Below are positions 15,488-20,000 of a stretch of DNA of 20,000 nt, piece by piece. Under the pieces are notes generated by a model. The model ran no database searches. It was given only the letters and a program-made list of their open reading frames with translations, and had not been told where the DNA came from. Origin of the DNA: an uncultured virus (IMG/VR IMGVR_UViG_3300029945_000007) (taxonomy: Duplodnaviria; Heunggongvirae; Uroviricota; Caudoviricetes); IMG/VR virus record IMGVR_UViG_3300029945_000007, one strand, 5' to 3'. Made by a program: the position numbers and the translations under genes. Each line of letters starts with the position of its first letter. Positions within the stretch are counted from its first letter, which is position 1.

Positions 15488-16168
15488 ATGCAAAACACAC
15501 CACTGATAGTCAATAACAACCTAACAATGAGCAGTCGCGAAATCGCTGAATTGTGCGAAGCGAGGCACAACGATGTGGTTGCAACCATTAATAGGTTGTT
15601 TGAAAAAGGACTTTTACGATCAAGTCGTAAAACTCGCCAAGAGGCCACTGGCGGCCGTCCCGTTGATGTTTATGACCTAACTGAACGTGATTCATACTTG
15701 GTTGTTGCTGGATACAGCGACGAAGTCCGCGCACGGATTATTGACCGCTGGCAAGAACTAGAACAGCAAGCGCAATTCAGTATTCCTAAAACTTTTGCTC
15801 AAGCGTTGATGTTGGCGGCCAATCAAGCCGAACAGATCGAACAACAACACGCCGTAATTGAACAGCAACGGCCTGCCGTTGAGTTTGTTGACCACTATGT
15901 ATCAAGTACCGGCAATCGCGGGTTCCGTGAAGTCTGCAAGCTCCTAAACGCCAACGAATCCGAGTTTCGTGAATTTCTCATTGAGAACGGGATTATGTAT
16001 CGCCTTGGCGGGGCATTAACCCCAATGGCCCAACACATGAATACCGGTCGATTTGTAGTAAAGGCCGGCGCATCAGATGGCGGTCATGCATTCAATCAAG
16101 CCAAGTTCACCCCAAAGGGTATTCAGTGGGTGGCAGGCATGTGGATTGCAAGAAAGGTCGCAGCATGA
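15488..16168 (+). CDS. Phage antirepressor (Rha N-terminal plus KilAC C-terminal domains)
   Basis: TMSSREIAEL..RH..V, GYS..VRARIIDRWQELE, IPKTFAQAL, KFTPKGIQWV. Confidence 0.9.
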   Translation: MQNTPLIVNNNLTMSSREIAELCEARHNDVVATINRLFEKGLLRSSRKTRQEATGGRPVDVYDLTERDSYLVVAGYSDEVRARIIDRWQELEQQAQFSIPKTFAQALMLAANQAEQIEQQHAVIEQQRPAVEFVDHYVSSTGNRGFREVCKLLNANESEFREFLIENGIMYRLGGALTPMAQHMNTGRFVVKAGASDGGHAFNQAKFTPKGIQWVAGMWIARKVAA

Positions 16169-16896
16169 GTTTCGAGGCACTCGCATGGGCATGGAAGCAA
16201 AAGACCGGAAGCTCAGGGCGCAAGGCAACTCTATCCGCTCTTGCTCAATTTGCTGATGAACACGGCCACTGTTTTCCATCGCAAGCCCACATAGCAGAAT
16301 ACACAGAACAGTCAGAACGTACCGTGCGTGAGCACCTGGCCTTCCTAGAGAAAAATGGGTTTATTAGCAGAGTAGGGCGCGCCCGCCAAGATGGTACAAA
16401 AACCACTGATTTTGTTTCGTTAAACCTCTCTAAGCCACCGGCAGGATTCGCCACTGGATACAAAGCAAAAAACCAGCGGAAAATTTCGCCACCGGCAGAA
16501 TTCGCCACCGGCGAAAAACCGCAGAACCCACCGGCGAAAATTGCCGCACAAGAACCTGTCACTAACCCCTCTGATCCTGTAATTAAAAAACATAACGCAC
16601 CGGGAAAGCCGGTACGCACTGATTTTCTGGCTGTCTTGCTTGCTGACGGGGTTGCTGAACAAGTTGCAAAAGACTTTTTGTCTATCCGCAAAGCAAAGCG
16701 CGCACCACTGACGCAGACCGCCTTGGACGCAATCGCCAGAGAGGCCAGTAAGGCAAACCTAACACTGGCAGATGCAATCCAGATTTGCACTGAACGCAGT
16801 TGGCAGGGGTTCAATGCATCATGGCTAATGGCCAAGTCAGTTGGCAGCGAAAGCACCCAGCAACGCGACTATGGCCAAAGTGGGAGGCTGCAATGA
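16165..16896 (+). CDS. Phage replication initiator (lambda O-like, N-terminal HTH)
   Basis: LAQFADEHGHCFPSQAHIAEYTEQSERTVREHLAFLE, C-terminal RKAKRAPLT...SWQGFNASW; internal repeats. Confidence 0.85.
   Translation: MSFEALAWAWKQKTGSSGRKATLSALAQFADEHGHCFPSQAHIAEYTEQSERTVREHLAFLEKNGFISRVGRARQDGTKTTDFVSLNLSKPPAGFATGYKAKNQRKISPPAEFATGEKPQNPPAKIAAQEPVTNPSDPVIKKHNAPGKPVRTDFLAVLLADGVAEQVAKDFLSIRKAKRAPLTQTALDAIAREASKANLTLADAIQICTERSWQGFNASWLMAKSVGSESTQQRDYGQSGRLQ
16434..16540 (+). repeat. Putative ori iterons within the initiator gene
   Basis: Repeated CCACCGGC/TTCGCCAC units (GCCACCGGCAG[G/A]ATTCGCCAC at 16434 and 16488; CCACCGGCGAAAA twice), followed by an A-rich tract near 16581. Confidence 0.65.
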
Positions 16897-17702
16897 ACGA
16901 CCATCTCCAATCGGTTGGCGCTATTGCCGCCGCCATCATTCCGGCTCAGCCAGAAGAACGCCAAGATACATGCGAGCGCCATGGCGAATTCACTTCACGC
17001 AATCCGCTTGGGCGAGTCTGGACCAAGTGCCCTACATGCGCTGCAGAGGCCCGCAAGCAGTCAGAAGCCGAACAGATAGCAAAGGATGCTGCAGAAGCGG
17101 CTGAGCGTCATAAGTCTGCATGGCTGCATGCCTTGGGCAGTTCAGGCATTCCGTTGCGCTTCCAGTCCTGCAGCCTCAAAAATTACCGCGTCGAGTGTGA
17201 TGGGCAGCGCGATGTGTTGGAATTTGCAGTTGCCTATGCTGACGAGTTTAAAGGCGAGCACTCCGGGCGCGGCGCGATCTTCCTCGGCAACTACGGCACC
17301 GGCAAGACGCACCTTTCGTGCGGCATCGCTCTGCGGATCATGCATCGCTACAACCGGACGGCCATCTTCACGACCGTGGATACCATGGCTCGCACTATCC
17401 GCGAATCGAAATCTTTTAGCGGGAAAATCAACGAGTCACAGGCAATCGCCTTATATACCTTCCCTGATCTGTTGATTTTGGATGAGGTAGGGATTCAGTC
17501 TGGAACCGATACAGAACATCGGTCACTTTTCGCTGTGGTAAATGGCCGGTATGAAAACCGCAAGCCAACCATCCTTCTATCAAATCTCACGCTAGACGAA
17601 ATCAAGATTGCTATTGGTGATCGCCTATACAGCCGCCTGAAAGAAGACGGTTGCGAGGTCAAGGTATTCGACTGGCAGGACGCGCGCGGGGTGGCCGCAT
17701 GA
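16893..17702 (+). CDS. DnaC/IstB-like helicase loader ATPase
   Basis: CERHG...CPTC Zn-binding motif, Walker A GNYGTGKT, Walker B LLILDEVG, RYENRKPTILLSN. Confidence 0.92.
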   Translation: MNDHLQSVGAIAAAIIPAQPEERQDTCERHGEFTSRNPLGRVWTKCPTCAAEARKQSEAEQIAKDAAEAAERHKSAWLHALGSSGIPLRFQSCSLKNYRVECDGQRDVLEFAVAYADEFKGEHSGRGAIFLGNYGTGKTHLSCGIALRIMHRYNRTAIFTTVDTMARTIRESKSFSGKINESQAIALYTFPDLLILDEVGIQSGTDTEHRSLFAVVNGRYENRKPTILLSNLTLDEIKIAIGDRLYSRLKEDGCEVKVFDWQDARGVAA

Positions 17703-18283
17703 GCAAAAAACAACCAATCCGCATGGCGGTACGCGAACTATCTGACCCGAAGACAGGTGAAATGGTTGGGGCAATGGTCCCAGCTACAAAGCAGGATCGC
17801 GATGAACTACGTCGTCGCCAGATCAGAGTTGGTCAGTGGCTCAAATGCGATATTAGTCAGCCGCGCAACGGTGGCTTTTGGGGCCTTGCGCACAAATTTG
17901 GCGAGGTAGTCGCGATGAATGTTCCGTCATTCTCTGGAATGGACCCGCACGCCGTTCTTAAGCGTCTGCAGATCGAATCGGGCGTTGAGTGCGATTACAC
18001 GGCCATCTTGATTGACCCTGTTGCGGAGTGTGTTGCCGCGTTTATCGGTCAGAAGGCAGGCCAGCACATGGAAAGCGTCGTTAATATCGCATTCGATGTT
18101 GTGCGCGGCCAAGTGTTCGAACAGCGCGTGGCAAGATCCCTAAGTTTCGACAGTATGGACGAAGTCAGGTTTCAAAACGTCATGCACGCACTGGCTCAGT
18201 GGGTTGCCGACCGGTACTGGCCGGATTGTAGCGCCGGAGAGATTGAACGCATGGCTGATGTATATGCCTGGGAGGCTGCGTGA
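17699..18283 (+). CDS. nin-region protein (DUF1367-like)
   Basis: QPRNGGFWGLAH and RSLSFDSMDEVRF motifs; ATGA coupling. Confidence 0.65.
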   Translation: MSKKQPIRMAVRELSDPKTGEMVGAMVPATKQDRDELRRRQIRVGQWLKCDISQPRNGGFWGLAHKFGEVVAMNVPSFSGMDPHAVLKRLQIESGVECDYTAILIDPVAECVAAFIGQKAGQHMESVVNIAFDVVRGQVFEQRVARSLSFDSMDEVRFQNVMHALAQWVADRYWPDCSAGEIERMADVYAWEAA

Positions 18284-18615
18284 GTACCGAGCAACTATCC
18301 CTGTTCGAATCTGCAGGCGTGGTCCGCAAGACCAATGGCGCTGACGTTCTGCAATTCCCTGTGTTTCCTGCGCCGTTCCGGGCAAAGAACAAGCTAGCAG
18401 ACTTTCTGTGGGAGATAGCCGACTACATCGATGGCATGGAAATCGAAACGGATCCGCACGCCATATGCCTGATTCTAACTGGTGAGACGCGTAACGAGAT
18501 TCTACCGCGTGGATACAAGTCTACGTACGAGCTGTGCGAGGCCATTCGCACTGCAAATCGATATGCATCGCTCCCTAGCCGCTCGGGCGGAAACATCGTG
18601 ACGAGGATTCTATGA
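18280..18615 (+). CDS. Hypothetical protein
   Basis: GGAGG RBS, GTG start, coupled overlaps. Confidence 0.6.
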   Translation: MSTEQLSLFESAGVVRKTNGADVLQFPVFPAPFRAKNKLADFLWEIADYIDGMEIETDPHAICLILTGETRNEILPRGYKSTYELCEAIRTANRYASLPSRSGGNIVTRIL

Positions 18616-19001
18616 GTTCAACCACCCGCCCATCGAAATGCGTTCCACGTCCAGGTGATACGCCTGGCACCGGCAAGCGCCAAACCAATCGTATCCAATC
18701 CAAGCAGATCCGCGATAGCGCCGCCGGGGAGCCTTGCACCTTTCAAATACCCGGTGTCTGTAACGGCAACTGGTCAACAACCGTTCTTTGCCACTTGCCT
18801 GACGAGTCTCATGGCTGGGCGCGCAAGGCCGATGACCTAAGTAGCGGATTCGGATGTTCAGCCTGTCATGACGTGATTGATGGCCGTGTGCCGCATCAAT
18901 TCGAACCGGGTGAGAACGATTGGTACATGCGTCGGGCCAATATTCGAACCTTGCGCCGCATGCGCGATCTGGGACTATTGGAAATCAAGGGGGCAGCATG
19001 A
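18612..19001 (+). CDS. DUF1364/YbcO-like Zn-binding putative nuclease
   Basis: SAAGEPCTFQIPGVCN...TTVLCH...KADD...GCSACHDVIDGR. Confidence 0.82.
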   Translation: MSSTTRPSKCVPRPGDTPGTGKRQTNRIQSKQIRDSAAGEPCTFQIPGVCNGNWSTTVLCHLPDESHGWARKADDLSSGFGCSACHDVIDGRVPHQFEPGENDWYMRRANIRTLRRMRDLGLLEIKGAA

Positions 19002-19102
19002 AACGCACCGGACTACATAAAACCGTCACCACTGTGGCCCTGGCCGTGGTGCTGGCCATCACATTTTCACCGTTGATTTTGATGGTGTGGTTTGCGCAAT
19101 GA
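18998..19102 (+). CDS. Small membrane peptide
   Basis: 34 aa with one hydrophobic segment; ATGA overlaps on both sides. Confidence 0.5.
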   Translation: MKRTGLHKTVTTVALAVVLAITFSPLILMVWFAQ

Positions 19103-19275
19103 ACTGGATAAAAGTCACAGACCTCTGCATCAAGTCCGGCGAGTGGCGAATCTACCGCTACCCACTAGCCGTGCCAGAGCGGTTCGAGTTGTGGCGGCTA
19201 GAGAAGCTTGTGGGGAATTTCAGAACGAGTGCAGAGGCAAAGGCCGCTGCAGTAATGAGCCGCAAAGCGGCATAG
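19099..19275 (+). CDS. Small hypothetical protein
   Basis: MNWIKVTD...; ATGA coupling. Confidence 0.55.
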   Translation: MNWIKVTDLCIKSGEWRIYRYPLAVPERFELWRLEKLVGNFRTSAEAKAAAVMSRKAA

Positions 19276-19283
19276 GAGTTGAG

Positions 19284-19412
19284 ATGAATGCACACGTTGC
19301 ACTCTTTTGCCGGTGGCAATGTTTCGTTGCCAGAGAACAGCGACGACAGCTTGCTCAGCTCTATTGGTACACGCAGGCGATGCTTGAAGTAGATCCGAGT
19401 TGGAAGCCGTAA
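19284..19412 (+). CDS. Small hypothetical protein
   Basis: AGGAG RBS before ATG 19284. Confidence 0.45.
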   Translation: MNAHVALFCRWQCFVAREQRRQLAQLYWYTQAMLEVDPSWKP

Positions 19413-19509
19413 GTTAAGACCGTCATGGGGATGGCGGAACGAAAGGGGTGATTTTGGTACAAGGGCTGAAGTGCACACATTGCGAAAGGAAGTCTCGATG
19501 ACCGGGCAC

Positions 19510-19875
19510 ATGAGCGACTACGTGCTGGCAATGCCATACCCGCCTTCCGTGAACAGCTATTGGCGCCACCCGACAAGCGGACCACTGGCTGGCCGTCACA
19601 TGATTAGTGAGAAAGGCCGGGCATATCGGGAAGCGGTCAGGGCCATGTTTCTCGGTCGAAAGCCAATCGCTGGGCGCCTAAATGTTGAAATCATCATGAG
19701 CCCTCCAGACAAGCGCAAACGGGACGTGGACAACATCATCAAGGCAACGCTCGATAGTTTGACCCACGCGGGGGTGTGGGGCGACGACAGCCAGATTGAT
19801 CGGCTATCAGTAGTTAGATCATCAGTGCGACCTGGGGGCGGGTTGCAAGTGACAGTTTCGATTATTGGGGCGTAA
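19510..19875 (+). CDS. rusA: RusA Holliday junction resolvase
   Basis: PYPPSVNSYWR, PPDKRKRDVDNIIKATLDSLTHAGVWGDDSQID. Confidence 0.93.
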   Translation: MSDYVLAMPYPPSVNSYWRHPTSGPLAGRHMISEKGRAYREAVRAMFLGRKPIAGRLNVEIIMSPPDKRKRDVDNIIKATLDSLTHAGVWGDDSQIDRLSVVRSSVRPGGGLQVTVSIIGA

Positions 19876-19898
19876 TTCAAAAGGGGCGGGCAAGGGCG

Positions 19899-20000
19899 AT
19901 GGAAAAAGATTACATCTGGGAAAACTTGGCGGACGCTTTGATGTTCGCATTCCGATTCAGCAGCCAGCAGTACGCAAAGGTGCAAAAAGTCGATCCGACG
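19899..20000 (+). CDS. Partial ORF (position typical of a Q-like antiterminator; identity not determinable)
   Basis: MEKDYIWENLADALMFAFRFSSQQY..., open to the window edge. Confidence 0.4.
   Translation, partial: MEKDYIWENLADALMFAFRFSSQQYAKVQKVDPT

Noticed and set aside
16893..17702. IS21 IstB transposition helper
   Set aside because: No IstA transposase or IS ends; it follows the O-like initiator, consistent with a phage helicase loader.

Overview
Early region of a lambdoid temperate (pro)phage, GC-rich and probably from a betaproteobacterial host (host is inference). The leftward pL operon (~10900 to 1) carries a long structured leader, ERF/SSB/exonuclease/RdgC recombination genes and a complete diversity-generating retroelement (DGR): two tandem DUF1566/C-type-lectin-fold target genes, avd, a 104-nt template repeat (TR) and a reverse transcriptase, followed by a C5 DNA methyltransferase. 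Both adjacent VRs differ from TR almost only at TR adenines (10/10 and 13/14 mismatches). A third VR-bearing gene about 6 kb upstream has the same downstream hairpin but does not match this TR. The immunity region holds three cI-like HTH repressors without a peptidase domain, a ParD-like/RelE-ParE toxin-antitoxin pair, an ORF6N protein and cro. The rightward pR operon has an RHH protein, a Rha/KilAC antirepressor, O-like initiator with iterons, DnaC-like loader, nin-type genes and RusA. All family assignments come from motif recognition, not database searches.
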